In this document: positions 32,764 to 41,893 of the stretch, in pieces | Position numbering within the stretch: position 1 is the first letter of the stretch | How the letters are laid out: the number at the start of each line of letters is the position of its first letter | Sequence record: PQ850598.1 | Source of the DNA: Escherichia phage ClaudiaMuster_Bas77 | Direction: 5' to 3' (one strand) | DNA length: 46,037 nt | Notes under the pieces: model-generated | What the model was told of the DNA's origin: nothing | The model's database searches: none | The model's input: only the letters and a program-made list of their open reading frames with translations | Made by a program: the position numbers and the translations under genes

Positions 32764-34671
32764 ATGGCTACCACACCAACTAATAAACCAATTCCGTCAG
32801 AAGATCCTCGCGACCTTAAATTTAATGCAGGGAAAATCGACGAGGTGGTAACATCTAACGCGCATTACTACACCGACCGCTTCGGAGTTCGCCGGTTTAC
32901 TATCGCCGGTTTCCAATATACAGCAGAAGAAGCTATCCGTAATTATGGCTATATCACGATGGACAGTTTTGAGGATGGGGCGACACTGACGTTGCCTAAT
33001 CAGGTTCTGCGCTATGAGGCTACTGGCGAATATTACCGCTGGGACGGTGAATTTCCTAAAACTGTTTCTTCCGGCTCAACACCTGAAGCATCTGGCGGTG
33101 TTGGTATTGGTGCATGGGTTAGTGTTGGTGATGCTTCATTGCGCAGTGATTTGGCCCTAAGCACTGGCGCAGGGTTAGTTGGGACAACATCCGGCAGGAC
33201 CGTACAGGCAGAGTTTGACCATTTCAAAATAGGGTATATGACACCCGATGATTTCGGCGCGGTAGGTGATGGTGCCACCGACGACACCACGCCTTTGCAA
33301 CAGGCTATTGACTATTGTTCAAGCAACGGTATCGCGTTAAGAATCCCCGCAAAATCTTATGTTTGGAATGGCGGTATTATAACTTCACCCATAACAATAA
33401 TCGGTGACAGACGTCCAGATTACAATTTTAGCTCCAATTCTATGTCTAACGGGTCTGTCATAATTGGCAATTTAAGATTTTCCGCAAGCCAGGTGATTAT
33501 TAAGTCACTTGGTGTGCGTAGGCCTACAGGCTCCCCCGGAGATTGTCTGGTGTTATCGACCGATAACTATGCTGGTGGGTCTTGTATTGTTCAAGATGTA
33601 GTTGCCGCGGGCCTTTCCGGTTCGGACAAGTACCACAGCGTTCTTGTTGAAGGCTACGATTCCGCGCATGTATCTCAAATAACTGGCGGTTATAATCTTT
33701 TTGGCCTCGCGATTAAGTCAAGAAACGTTGTTGCCAGAGGCGTAATAACCGTAAGCTGTGATACTGGCGTTATCATTAAATCTGATAGTGAGTTCAGCAC
33801 GGCAAAAAATGTGGTGCTGGACGGGCACATTAATGTCGGTAATGGTGTTTCTAGTCAAGGTGTTTGGATTTACAGCACAACCGCACAACTTGAGCGTATT
33901 ACCTGCGCAAACTTACAAAGCATCGATTCCGCTATACATATGCGGATTAAGTCCGAAAACGTAGCTAATGACGTGCAAATTGTTGGGGCAAATTATTCAG
34001 GATCTACTTATGCGGATGTGCTCGTCGAAGGCACTTCGGCTGGCACGTTGTACAATGTTAGTTTAGATAGTATAACCGCAGTAAATAGCCAGAAATTTAT
34101 GGCTGCAGGTTTCTGTGAACAACTGATGGTAACAGGATTCTATGGGTCCCTGAAACCTGGCGCTCCCGCCGATACTGCGTTTGAGGTTAGCACCGCCGTA
34201 GGGCTTTTTAGCGGGTCAAATATCCAACTAGTCCGTCAATACAGCAGTGACCTAATGACAATTAATCTCGGTAACAGTTATCTTAATAATAGATTATCAT
34301 CTGTTAAGGCGAAAGTAATAGGAAACGGCAAACCTAGGCCGGGGTATAAAGAACAGAATCTTAGCGGCGCTGCGGCTACAATGATTGTTGGCGACAGTTT
34401 GGGGCCCTCTGGGGTTGTGTCTGTCACCGCGATATCCGCCGGCAGTTCATTCAGCAGTATTGCTATTAATGACGACTATGGTCAGCCGGTTAAGCCAGGT
34501 TTTCTTCTAATAATCCGAAACGCATCCGCTATCTCGTTCGTTATGAACCATAATCCAGGGTCTGGTGGAATCGCAAATAACGGGGCGGTTGGTAAGACCA
34601 TTGCGGGCGGAGACACTATAATGTACGTTTTTGACGGGGCGAATTGGCGTCAAACTCCATCTATAGCTTAA
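32764..34671 (+). CDS. tailspike with pectate-lyase-like beta-helix (polysaccharide depolymerase)
   Basis: 635 aa; DFGAVGDGATDDTTPLQQAIDY is the classic Pectate_lyase_3 N-cap motif; Gly/Asn/Ser/Val-rich body; AAGGAG RBS. Confidence 0.65.
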   Translation: MATTPTNKPIPSEDPRDLKFNAGKIDEVVTSNAHYYTDRFGVRRFTIAGFQYTAEEAIRNYGYITMDSFEDGATLTLPNQVLRYEATGEYYRWDGEFPKTVSSGSTPEASGGVGIGAWVSVGDASLRSDLALSTGAGLVGTTSGRTVQAEFDHFKIGYMTPDDFGAVGDGATDDTTPLQQAIDYCSSNGIALRIPAKSYVWNGGIITSPITIIGDRRPDYNFSSNSMSNGSVIIGNLRFSASQVIIKSLGVRRPTGSPGDCLVLSTDNYAGGSCIVQDVVAAGLSGSDKYHSVLVEGYDSAHVSQITGGYNLFGLAIKSRNVVARGVITVSCDTGVIIKSDSEFSTAKNVVLDGHINVGNGVSSQGVWIYSTTAQLERITCANLQSIDSAIHMRIKSENVANDVQIVGANYSGSTYADVLVEGTSAGTLYNVSLDSITAVNSQKFMAAGFCEQLMVTGFYGSLKPGAPADTAFEVSTAVGLFSGSNIQLVRQYSSDLMTINLGNSYLNNRLSSVKAKVIGNGKPRPGYKEQNLSGAAATMIVGDSLGPSGVVSVTAISAGSSFSSIAINDDYGQPVKPGFLLIIRNASAISFVMNHNPGSGGIANNGAVGKTIAGGDTIMYVFDGANWRQTPSIA

Positions 34672-34695
34672 AACTAAGGCCCCGAAAGGGGCCTT
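34666..34695. terminator. bidirectional rho-independent terminator
   Basis: AGGCCCC gaaa GGGGCCT hairpin then TTTTATCTTT; between the converging tailspike and SSB genes. Confidence 0.65.
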
Positions 34696-34712
34696 TTATC
34701 TTTGGTCACCAT

Positions 34713-35198
34713 TTAGAAGGGTATTGAATCATCGAAGTCTATCGGATGCTCATTGCCTCCTTGTATGCTTTGTTGTTTTTGCTGTTGTTGTTGCTGTTGC
34801 GATTGTTGGCCTGATTGCTGTCGTGGTTGCTGCTGACTGGAATCATCACGTTTACCACCAAGCATCTGCATAACGCCGCCCACCTGTGGAATAACAATCT
34901 CAGTGGTGTATCGGTCTACGCCATTGCTGTCAGTCCACTTACGAGTGCGTAGCTGACCTTCGATATAAACCTGCGATCCTTTGCGAAGGTATTCTCCTGC
35001 AACTTCTGCAAGTTTCCCGAAGATGACAACGCGATGCCATTCAGTTTGCTCTTTCTTTTCTCCTGTTTGCTTGTCCTTCCACTGTCCAGATGTTGCAACA
35101 GAAAGATTGGCAATTGCAGAGCCTGATGCTGAATATTTAACTTCAGGGTCGTTGCCGAGAGTGCCGACAATAATTACTTTATTTACGCCGCGTGCCAT
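34713..35198 (-). CDS. ssb: single-stranded DNA-binding protein
   Basis: 161 aa; OB-fold core ([22 protein letters not shown] ... [39 protein letters not shown]), Gln-rich linker and acidic tip DFDDSIPF. Confidence 0.9.
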   Translation of the reverse strand: MARGVNKVIIVGTLGNDPEVKYSASGSAIANLSVATSGQWKDKQTGEKKEQTEWHRVVIFGKLAEVAGEYLRKGSQVYIEGQLRTRKWTDSNGVDRYTTEIVIPQVGGVMQMLGGKRDDSSQQQPRQQSGQQSQQQQQQQKQQSIQGGNEHPIDFDDSIPF

Positions 35199-35201
35199 TT
35201 A

Positions 35202-36245
35202 TTAAAATCCTTCAATTGGAGTTGGTTTGTGTTCTGTTTTTTCTTCCTGCGGTTCTGGCTGCTGTGGTTGCGGTTTAGCCAGTTTTGCAGGATTGAAATT
35301 ATCCTGCGGAGTTATTACCACAGGAGATAATTGCTCATCATTGATAAAAGACTCAATGCGATCATATTCAGCGGCAGAAGCAGCCAGAGAAGGCCAGATT
35401 GCGCGAATTTTATCTTTCAGGTTATCAGGTATTGATTTTGCTTCTTCCTTCAGGCCTTCCATGCCTTTTGCTGCAGAAAGCTGAAGTCTTGAGCGCCATG
35501 ACTCAAACTCTTCGTCAACTTTAACTCCAGAGTCCACCCATTTGATGAGTCCGCGACCATGCGCCTCGCCAATGTATCCATGACGAACACTTTCACGACC
35601 AGACTCAAAGAAGATTGGGCGTAGTTCTTCTGGTAATTTGGTGAACTCCTGGATTTTTCCTCCATCGTGCATCATCATGCTCACGGTCATCTCGAACATG
35701 AAATCTTTCTCGCACACTGGCTGCAAACCAAGAGACACAGGTTCCTTCGGGTTTGCGAAATCAGTTTTCTGACGGGCGCGAAGGCATACAATGATATGCA
35801 TATTGCTTTGCAGCATGGCGTTCATGAACTTCTTGTGTTCAGCTTTGGCGCGCTTCCAGTCAGCCATCTTTTTACCGTTAAGCAGCGGCTTTTCAGCAAT
35901 CTCCGTGCAACTGCCTTCACCTTCCCATTCATGCGAACCTGAATCAATAACAAGAACCTTAACGCCGGCAGCCTGAAACTCTTCAATGGCCTGACGGTAA
36001 CGGGCCGGGCTGAATGGAGCATACATATCAGCGTGCAGGAATTTGCCATCAAGGATGTTTGAGTACAGGCGACCGCGACCGTTTTCAGTATCAAGGAATC
36101 CGATTTCTTCTGGTGAATCAACCATCCCGCGAGCCAGCTTAAGTGCGCTATATGTTTTGCCGCTACCTGACTGGCCTGAAATGCCGATGACCACGCGAGA
36201 ACCTGAACGCTCTGCTGGTTTAATATTGAGAATACCCATTTGCAT
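35202..36245 (-). CDS. Sak4-like RecA-fold ATPase (recombination)
   Basis: Track ORF 35202..36257 (TTG); Walker A GISGQSGSGKTYS near N-terminus; adjacent to SSB and exonuclease. Confidence 0.6.
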   Translation of the reverse strand: MQMGILNIKPAERSGSRVVIGISGQSGSGKTYSALKLARGMVDSPEEIGFLDTENGRGRLYSNILDGKFLHADMYAPFSPARYRQAIEEFQAAGVKVLVIDSGSHEWEGEGSCTEIAEKPLLNGKKMADWKRAKAEHKKFMNAMLQSNMHIIVCLRARQKTDFANPKEPVSLGLQPVCEKDFMFEMTVSMMMHDGGKIQEFTKLPEELRPIFFESGRESVRHGYIGEAHGRGLIKWVDSGVKVDEEFESWRSRLQLSAAKGMEGLKEEAKSIPDNLKDKIRAIWPSLAASAAEYDRIESFINDEQLSPVVITPQDNFNPAKLAKPQPQQPEPQEEKTEHKPTPIEGF

Positions 36246-36249
36246 TACC

Positions 36250-36447
36250 TCACTCAAATTCTACAAAATCACCACCAACCATTTCGACGATAATGAATCC
36301 AGATTCATCATCATATGTTGCCTGCCATATAGCTCCAGTTTCGTCGCTTATGTTAAAGGTACCACCAAAAAAGTCAGCGCTATACCACTCATCTTCTTTA
36401 AATCTTTTGCTTGTTGAGCTTGCACAAAATAATTTCATTTGCATCAC
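36250..36447 (-). CDS. hypothetical acidic protein (65 aa)
   Basis: Track ORF. Confidence 0.45.
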   Translation of the reverse strand: MMQMKLFCASSTSKRFKEDEWYSADFFGGTFNISDETGAIWQATYDDESGFIIVEMVGGDFVEFE

Positions 36448-36455
36448 CTCACTAA

Positions 36456-37400
36456 TTATAAATTAAACTGTTTTTTGAACCATTCAGGCGTTTCCATTTC
36501 TATGACAGGATTACCCATTGAATAACCGGGCCACGAATTGGCTTTTTTGCACGCCTTGTAAATTTCCATAGCGCCATGCAACTGAATTCGACCGATGCGT
36601 AATTGCTCTTCAGTCAAGCGAATTAACGCAGGAATAAATGGTGCTTTCTTTTCCTGAACGAGAAGATTAACAGAGCGTGGCGCATGACCATATGCCGCAA
36701 CAAACATGTCGTGCTGCATCGCCATTTTCATAAAGTACCCAAGTCTCGCAGCATGACGGAAAAACTCTTCTGGCTTGGCGCTCACCGCTGTTTTGTAGTC
36801 GATGATGTCGCCACCTTTGGTAAGGCAGTCAAAGCGAACTTTTGCCTTCTCTCCGTTAATTTCACCTAGAATTGACACTTCAGCATAAGCACCAGCGAGA
36901 AGACTGCTGTAATAGCTGTTTGCGTGGATTACAGCACGCATTTGCTGAATAGCGTCATAATCACCACCTTCCAGCATTTGCTTTCCTACAGCAGCTTTTT
37001 CAGCCTCTTCACGGATGACATCGTAAATTTTCACTGGCTCGCCAGTCGCCTGGATGATTTTGATCACCTCAGCTTTCGACTTTCCTGAAAGTCCTTTGAT
37101 GCCTCGTTCTTTTGCCCATGAGTTCATATCACTTACAGTAACAAGCAGGTCATCACCAAAATCTTCTTTGGTTGGCATTCGTGCATATTCAGCATCAAAA
37201 CGCTCTGGTTCAAGCAACGCAGTATGGCTACCTGTACCGAATATAAGAGCTTTTGATTGCTCATCCTCTTCGTCTTTGTATCGCCATGCTGCTGGGCATC
37301 TGTCAAGTATATTCCATAATCCAGAGCCATTAATATGCTCTGTGTCTGCGTGGTAATCTTCATTACTGAGTTCATTATTGAAATAGACTTTCATCATCAC
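36456..37400 (-). CDS. PD-(D/E)XK family exonuclease
   Basis: 314 aa; D ... IIDYK core motif (RFDCLTKGGDIIDYKT); position in the recombination module. Confidence 0.55.
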   Translation of the reverse strand: MMMKVYFNNELSNEDYHADTEHINGSGLWNILDRCPAAWRYKDEEDEQSKALIFGTGSHTALLEPERFDAEYARMPTKEDFGDDLLVTVSDMNSWAKERGIKGLSGKSKAEVIKIIQATGEPVKIYDVIREEAEKAAVGKQMLEGGDYDAIQQMRAVIHANSYYSSLLAGAYAEVSILGEINGEKAKVRFDCLTKGGDIIDYKTAVSAKPEEFFRHAARLGYFMKMAMQHDMFVAAYGHAPRSVNLLVQEKKAPFIPALIRLTEEQLRIGRIQLHGAMEIYKACKKANSWPGYSMGNPVIEMETPEWFKKQFNL

Positions 37401-38023
37401 TCTCCGTGGTTACAGAATTCTTTATGCATCTTTTCTCTGAATTTCATCACAGACAACCTCGCTCTCTCAATATCATTGAATAACCCAAGATGGTATCTTT
37501 TCCCGTTAACATCACAGTAAGCCTGCCACTTTTTAACCTGTTTTTGCCAATACACACCTTTAACTCCTGATGTGTTATTTTTTGGTTTTTTAGCGTTATA
37601 CTGGTTCTGCATATTTGTTGCGATTCTTAAGTTGCAAATCCTGTTATCGTCACGCACGCCGTTAATGTGATCAATTTGACCTTCAGGCCAGAAACCATAA
37701 TAAATCAACCATGCCAAGCGATGCGCGTAGTATCTTTTATTATTTATGCTTATCTCTATGTATCCGTTATGTTTTTTCCTGCCAGCGACACTACCCTTTC
37801 TTATACCTCCACCCGTCTTATTTCTAATGAAAACCCCCGTTTCAGGGTTGTAATTTAAGCTATCCAAAACAACATCACGTGGTATTCTTTTTCTTCCTCC
37901 TATGGTGTTTGACTCTGCACTTCCCTGAGCAAAATCTTGCTTTTGCAGTTCCGATAAACTCATTTCCACAAACCTCGCACTTCTTAACGGTGATAGCCAT
38001 TTCTTATCCTCTATTGTAATCAT
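37397..38023 (-). CDS. HNH homing endonuclease with AP2 DNA-binding domain
   Basis: HNH segment YAHRLAWLIYYGFWPEGQIDHINGVRDDNRICNLRIATNMQN; AP2-like segment SGVKGVYWQKQVKKWQAYCDVNGKRYHLGLFNDIERARLSVMKF. Confidence 0.7.
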   Translation of the reverse strand: MITIEDKKWLSPLRSARFVEMSLSELQKQDFAQGSAESNTIGGRKRIPRDVVLDSLNYNPETGVFIRNKTGGGIRKGSVAGRKKHNGYIEISINNKRYYAHRLAWLIYYGFWPEGQIDHINGVRDDNRICNLRIATNMQNQYNAKKPKNNTSGVKGVYWQKQVKKWQAYCDVNGKRYHLGLFNDIERARLSVMKFREKMHKEFCNHGE

Positions 38024-38054
38024 TTACCGTTACATTGCAAGTAACTTTTATTTG

Positions 38055-38082
38055 TTACTAACGATACATTAATCTACGTCAT
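38055..38082 (-). promoter_or_regulatory. promoter-like element upstream of the HNH-AP2 gene
   Basis: aTGACG-16-TAGTAA on the minus strand, embedded in a TAATCTACGTCA motif copy; overlaps the VRR-NUC stop. Confidence 0.35.
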
Positions 38083-38509
38083 CCAGCAAGCCAAAATAGA
38101 AAAGTGTGGCTTTTTTTAGTTCATCAAGACCGTAAGCGATGGCTGCATAATGACCAAGCCTGCACATCTCTGTTAGAACTGCTGATTGATCCTTGCTCAC
38201 TCTGCTCTTACTTTTGTCACGGCGCTTTGCCTCAATCATTCCGCAGCAGTGGTTCGCACCCGGAGTCATTATTACGTTATCGCCTATTCCAGGCTTAACC
38301 CCCATCTTCTGGCGCTTCAGTACGAACTGGACGCGGCTGGATGTTCCTGTTTCATTCGGGACGTGAAACCATAGCACATCAGGGAAACAGTGTTGCATCC
38401 ATGTACCGTAACCCATCTGGTCAGTCTCCTCTTTTGGGCATTCGCCGCGATAACCGCTATCAAATACCCATATACCGCTATCAAGCTGCTTCACTTTGTT
38501 CTCCTGCAA
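38069..38509 (-). CDS. VRR-NUC domain nuclease
   Basis: 146 aa; PGIGDNVIMTPGANHCCGMIEAKR fits the VRR-NUC catalytic pattern (D ... ExK). Confidence 0.55.
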   Translation of the reverse strand: MQENKVKQLDSGIWVFDSGYRGECPKEETDQMGYGTWMQHCFPDVLWFHVPNETGTSSRVQFVLKRQKMGVKPGIGDNVIMTPGANHCCGMIEAKRRDKSKSRVSKDQSAVLTEMCRLGHYAAIAYGLDELKKATLFYFGLLDDVD

Positions 38510-40418
38510 AATCTTTTCTATGGATTATGTCGCGACCTTTATCATTAATGCGATGAGTGATGCGTTTTGGCGCTTTAATCAATCCAGCATACATCATGAA
38601 CTGCTTAGCATTCTGGCATTTCAGGATTTTCCCCGCCATTGACTTATCATCAAGGTGAGGAAAAATAGCCTTTGCCTTGAACATGTTTTTCATGTGAGTC
38701 GCACCGCCATATGGGTAGAAAACTTCGTTAGCCCAGCCTTCTTTGCCATCACAACGATTAATCCAGTAGCGATACAAAATACCTTCTCCATCCTTTGTTA
38801 GCTGGACTTTGAAATCAATAACATCAGCCCACTCATTATCGGTATACGCACGCTCATTCAGTGCCGCATTCGGGTCGCGCAACACGTGATCGCAATGCCG
38901 GCAATAGCGCGCCGTTGGGTCGTTTTTAGTGCCGCATCCATCATCAAAAATCCGTATTCCGTGCTTATCAAAACCGCAACGAATATAACTGAAAAACTCC
39001 TCGCAGCGACCATCTGGCGACAATGCATCTTTGCCAATGCATCGACGCGCATATGGGCTGTTCATTGTTCCACATGTATGACACGGAACTTGTTCGCCAC
39101 TGCGTTTTGAACGTTGCGCTTCAGCTTCTTCCAGAATTGGGTCTTCATATAGCTGACCAAGCTCAAACATCGTGCCTGAGAAATCAAGAACCAGATGGTT
39201 TTCTTTATGATACCCGGCGTCAATTTGGTCTTTCTTCAGCAGTCGCATTCCGCGACCAAGCAACTGAACAAGAAGGGTGAGCGACATTATTTTTCGCAAT
39301 ATAACGCTTGTATCCCATAGCGGGATGTTTACGCCGGTCGTCAAGCAACCAATTTGGAAAACATATTTAATCTTGCCAGTGTATGCATCCTTTAATGCCT
39401 TGCGTCTGGCTTTCTGTCCCATATCTTCGGTGACGATCGCATAACTTCCTTCAGGTAGGTATTTTGCCGCCTCCTGACAGTGCTTCTTGCCAGCGCATGT
39501 AATCAATACGCCGTTTCTGTTTTTTGTCAGCTCCATAACCTTGAGCATGATTTTCTGCGTGAGTGTTCCTTGCTCAAGGATTTCTTTCTGCATCTGCTTG
39601 AGTTGCTCGGTGGTAAATTCCTGAACTCCATCACTTCCTGACGCCTCAAATGCTGACAGGTCGTAATGCAGATCATCAATATCATGAAGACCAAAAATTG
39701 TAGGGACAAGAAAGCCATTATCAACAAGGTATTTGGTATCAATATTTATTATTTCATGCTTCCAGTAAGAACCCTTAATTGACTCAGTTCCACGAAATGG
39801 GCTGCCAGTGTAGCCAATAACAATGACATCGTGTCCGTATTTAGCTTTGCACCTACGGTTAAATTCGGTCATTATTACGCCGTACTGTGTGTCTGAATCT
39901 TCTCCAACAATATCCTCCCAGTTCACTTGATGGCACTCATCAACCAAAATATATCGTGGGCAAAAGTCTGAAAGTGCACACTTTGAGATAACATTGCCTG
40001 ATTCATCCTTTATGTCGAAAAGTGAGTTTTTTATTGTTCTCTCCGTCCCAGCAATAAGCGGGTATGCCGTTGACTTTCTGCCAAGAGACGCGCTGAAAAG
40101 TGAGTTTTTAACACTCAGATTCCATAGCTCTTCCGCATCCTGCTCAATAATTTCCCCCTGTCTGGCAATAACAAGGCCTTCCCACCCCATATCCTGAAAG
40201 CGTCGCGCAATCATGGCAATCATAATGGTCTTTCCAGCACCTACAGATGCCGTCACAAAACTTGGCTTAGGGTCTTTGCCAAACTTGCGGATAACTTCAG
40301 CCGTCTTTTCATAAACCAGCCACTGATATGGTCGCGGCTCAATCTCACCCGTATGAACAACTGACCGCAATTTGTCTATATCCAATTCAGCAATCATTGC
40401 GTCTATTTTATGCGTCAT
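38481..40418 (-). CDS. SF2 helicase with C-terminal zinc ribbons
   Basis: 645 aa; Walker A SVGAGKT, DEAH-like ILVDECHQ, helicase C-terminal motifs (QLLGRGMR), then Cys clusters (CHTCGT...C, CRHCDH). Confidence 0.8.
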   Translation of the reverse strand: MTHKIDAMIAELDIDKLRSVVHTGEIEPRPYQWLVYEKTAEVIRKFGKDPKPSFVTASVGAGKTIMIAMIARRFQDMGWEGLVIARQGEIIEQDAEELWNLSVKNSLFSASLGRKSTAYPLIAGTERTIKNSLFDIKDESGNVISKCALSDFCPRYILVDECHQVNWEDIVGEDSDTQYGVIMTEFNRRCKAKYGHDVIVIGYTGSPFRGTESIKGSYWKHEIINIDTKYLVDNGFLVPTIFGLHDIDDLHYDLSAFEASGSDGVQEFTTEQLKQMQKEILEQGTLTQKIMLKVMELTKNRNGVLITCAGKKHCQEAAKYLPEGSYAIVTEDMGQKARRKALKDAYTGKIKYVFQIGCLTTGVNIPLWDTSVILRKIMSLTLLVQLLGRGMRLLKKDQIDAGYHKENHLVLDFSGTMFELGQLYEDPILEEAEAQRSKRSGEQVPCHTCGTMNSPYARRCIGKDALSPDGRCEEFFSYIRCGFDKHGIRIFDDGCGTKNDPTARYCRHCDHVLRDPNAALNERAYTDNEWADVIDFKVQLTKDGEGILYRYWINRCDGKEGWANEVFYPYGGATHMKNMFKAKAIFPHLDDKSMAGKILKCQNAKQFMMYAGLIKAPKRITHRINDKGRDIIHRKDFAGEQSEAA

Positions 40419-40433
40419 AGCTACTAACCTTTG

Positions 40434-40483
40434 TTGATGTTTCTACGTCAGTTAGCTTATACTCAATCTACACCAACAATCAA
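40434..40483. promoter_or_regulatory. divergent promoter region between helicase and primase-like genes
   Basis: Plus strand: TTGATG-18-TATACT (40434-40463). Minus strand: TTGATT-16-TATAAG (rc of 40456-40483). GTTTCTACGTCA and CAATCTACACCAA motif copies present. Confidence 0.45.
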
Positions 40484-40493
40484 GGGTCAATTT

Positions 40494-41447
40494 ATGAGAT
40501 ATGACTGGAAGGAAATCGAGCCAAAAATGATCGGCAACTGGCAGGCTGCCATCATGTCTATCGTCAATGTGGATAGCAGAGTTTTCAATGGCAAGCACCA
40601 GCCATGCCCTCATTGCATGGGGGTTGACCGGTTCCGTTGGGATAATCACTTCGAAACAAAAGGCGATGGCGGCGCAATCTGCAATCAGTGCGGTTCCGGC
40701 AGCGGCATGAATTGGCTGATGAAACTCTCCGGAATGAGCTTTCCTGAAGCGCTGGAGGCGCTTGGTGGATTCCTGAACATGCACCCGCGCGAAAAGCTGG
40801 AGGCAATCAGGAAGGAGCTACCGAAGATAAATTATAGCGATGACTTCATCACTGAGCAGGAAGTCGCCGCAATAATGGCTAAAACGACTCGTGTCGCGAT
40901 GAATGAGTGGACTTTGATAAATGGTATTGGTTGCGACGTTAACGTCACCAGAGGCAAATCTGGAGAACTTATTGCGGTTGAGATGATGCGAGCTGACACA
41001 ATGAAACTGTGCAACGTGGCATTCATTGGCATGGATGGTGATTCAATCAGAACGTTTTTCCGCGCAGGATACAACAAGGACTCAGCCATCAACGGCAAAC
41101 TCACGCGCGGCGCGATAAGCCCAATCGGAGAAGACAACGGGAAGTTCATTTACCTGGTATCTGATTATGCCGATGCGTGGAAGTGCCATTACTTCACTGG
41201 CGCGCATGTCTGGTGCTGCTGGTCGCCGGAAAACATGTGGGAAGTGGTGCGCTCTGTTAGCAATGAGATGAAGTCACGGTTACGCTGCATAGTTAATTAT
41301 AAATTTGACGAACTTTGCGCTGCGGAAAACGCAGGGATTCCGGTGATGCTTCCTGATGATGCCGACACTATCAGGATGGCAAAGAGAATCAGGAGAAAGA
41401 TTTATGACGCTGGCGAGTTGATAGAAAAAATGTCAGTCAACAGATAA
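40494..41447 (+). CDS. primase-like protein with N-terminal zinc ribbon
   Basis: Track ORF 40431..41447; ATG at 40494 (MRYDWKEIEPK); CPHC ... CNQCGSGSG zinc-binding motif; divergent from helicase; primase assignment is contextual. Confidence 0.45.
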   Translation: MRYDWKEIEPKMIGNWQAAIMSIVNVDSRVFNGKHQPCPHCMGVDRFRWDNHFETKGDGGAICNQCGSGSGMNWLMKLSGMSFPEALEALGGFLNMHPREKLEAIRKELPKINYSDDFITEQEVAAIMAKTTRVAMNEWTLINGIGCDVNVTRGKSGELIAVEMMRADTMKLCNVAFIGMDGDSIRTFFRAGYNKDSAINGKLTRGAISPIGEDNGKFIYLVSDYADAWKCHYFTGAHVWCCWSPENMWEVVRSVSNEMKSRLRCIVNYKFDELCAAENAGIPVMLPDDADTIRMAKRIRRKIYDAGELIEKMSVNR

Positions 41448-41478
41448 AAGAAACCCTCCATATGGAGGGTTTTTTGTT
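41448..41478. terminator. bidirectional rho-independent terminator
   Basis: CCCTCCA ta TGGAGGG hairpin followed by TTTTTT. Confidence 0.65.
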
Positions 41479-41893
41479 ATTTCTTGAACTCTGGTGCTTC
41501 AGTCCAGAAGGCTACATTTCGCAGAGACTTACTCGTGTGATTGCACCAGTATATTCCTGAGTCATCATACTTGGCAGTAACCTTGACGCGATCAGTATCA
41601 ATAATAACAACCTCCTGCCCATCTTTAGGGTCGAAAAGACGCGCATCCTTCCAGTTAGCAATCTCATTAAGGGAAAGAAGAACATAGCCTGGAAGATAAG
41701 CGCCGACATCAGCAATGTGAACTATTGTTCGCTCCGTTCTCTCTCCTGTGTAGTCGCCATTCCACTCATAAAGAATAACCGTGTCTCCAACCTTAAAATC
41801 ACGATCGTTCTTCCTTAGTTCCGCCTTCTTGTGTCCGGTAACAACAGGCCAGAAGTGCTCAGGTAAGATTTTTAGTTCGTGTGTTTTGCTCAT
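41477..41893 (-). CDS. DUF3850 / ASCH-like domain protein
   Basis: 138 aa; N-terminal HELKILPEHFWPVVTGHKKAELRKNDRDFKVGDTVILYEW fits the DUF3850 (ASCH-fold) signature as recalled. Confidence 0.5.
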   Translation of the reverse strand: MSKTHELKILPEHFWPVVTGHKKAELRKNDRDFKVGDTVILYEWNGDYTGERTERTIVHIADVGAYLPGYVLLSLNEIANWKDARLFDPKDGQEVVIIDTDRVKVTAKYDDSGIYWCNHTSKSLRNVAFWTEAPEFKK

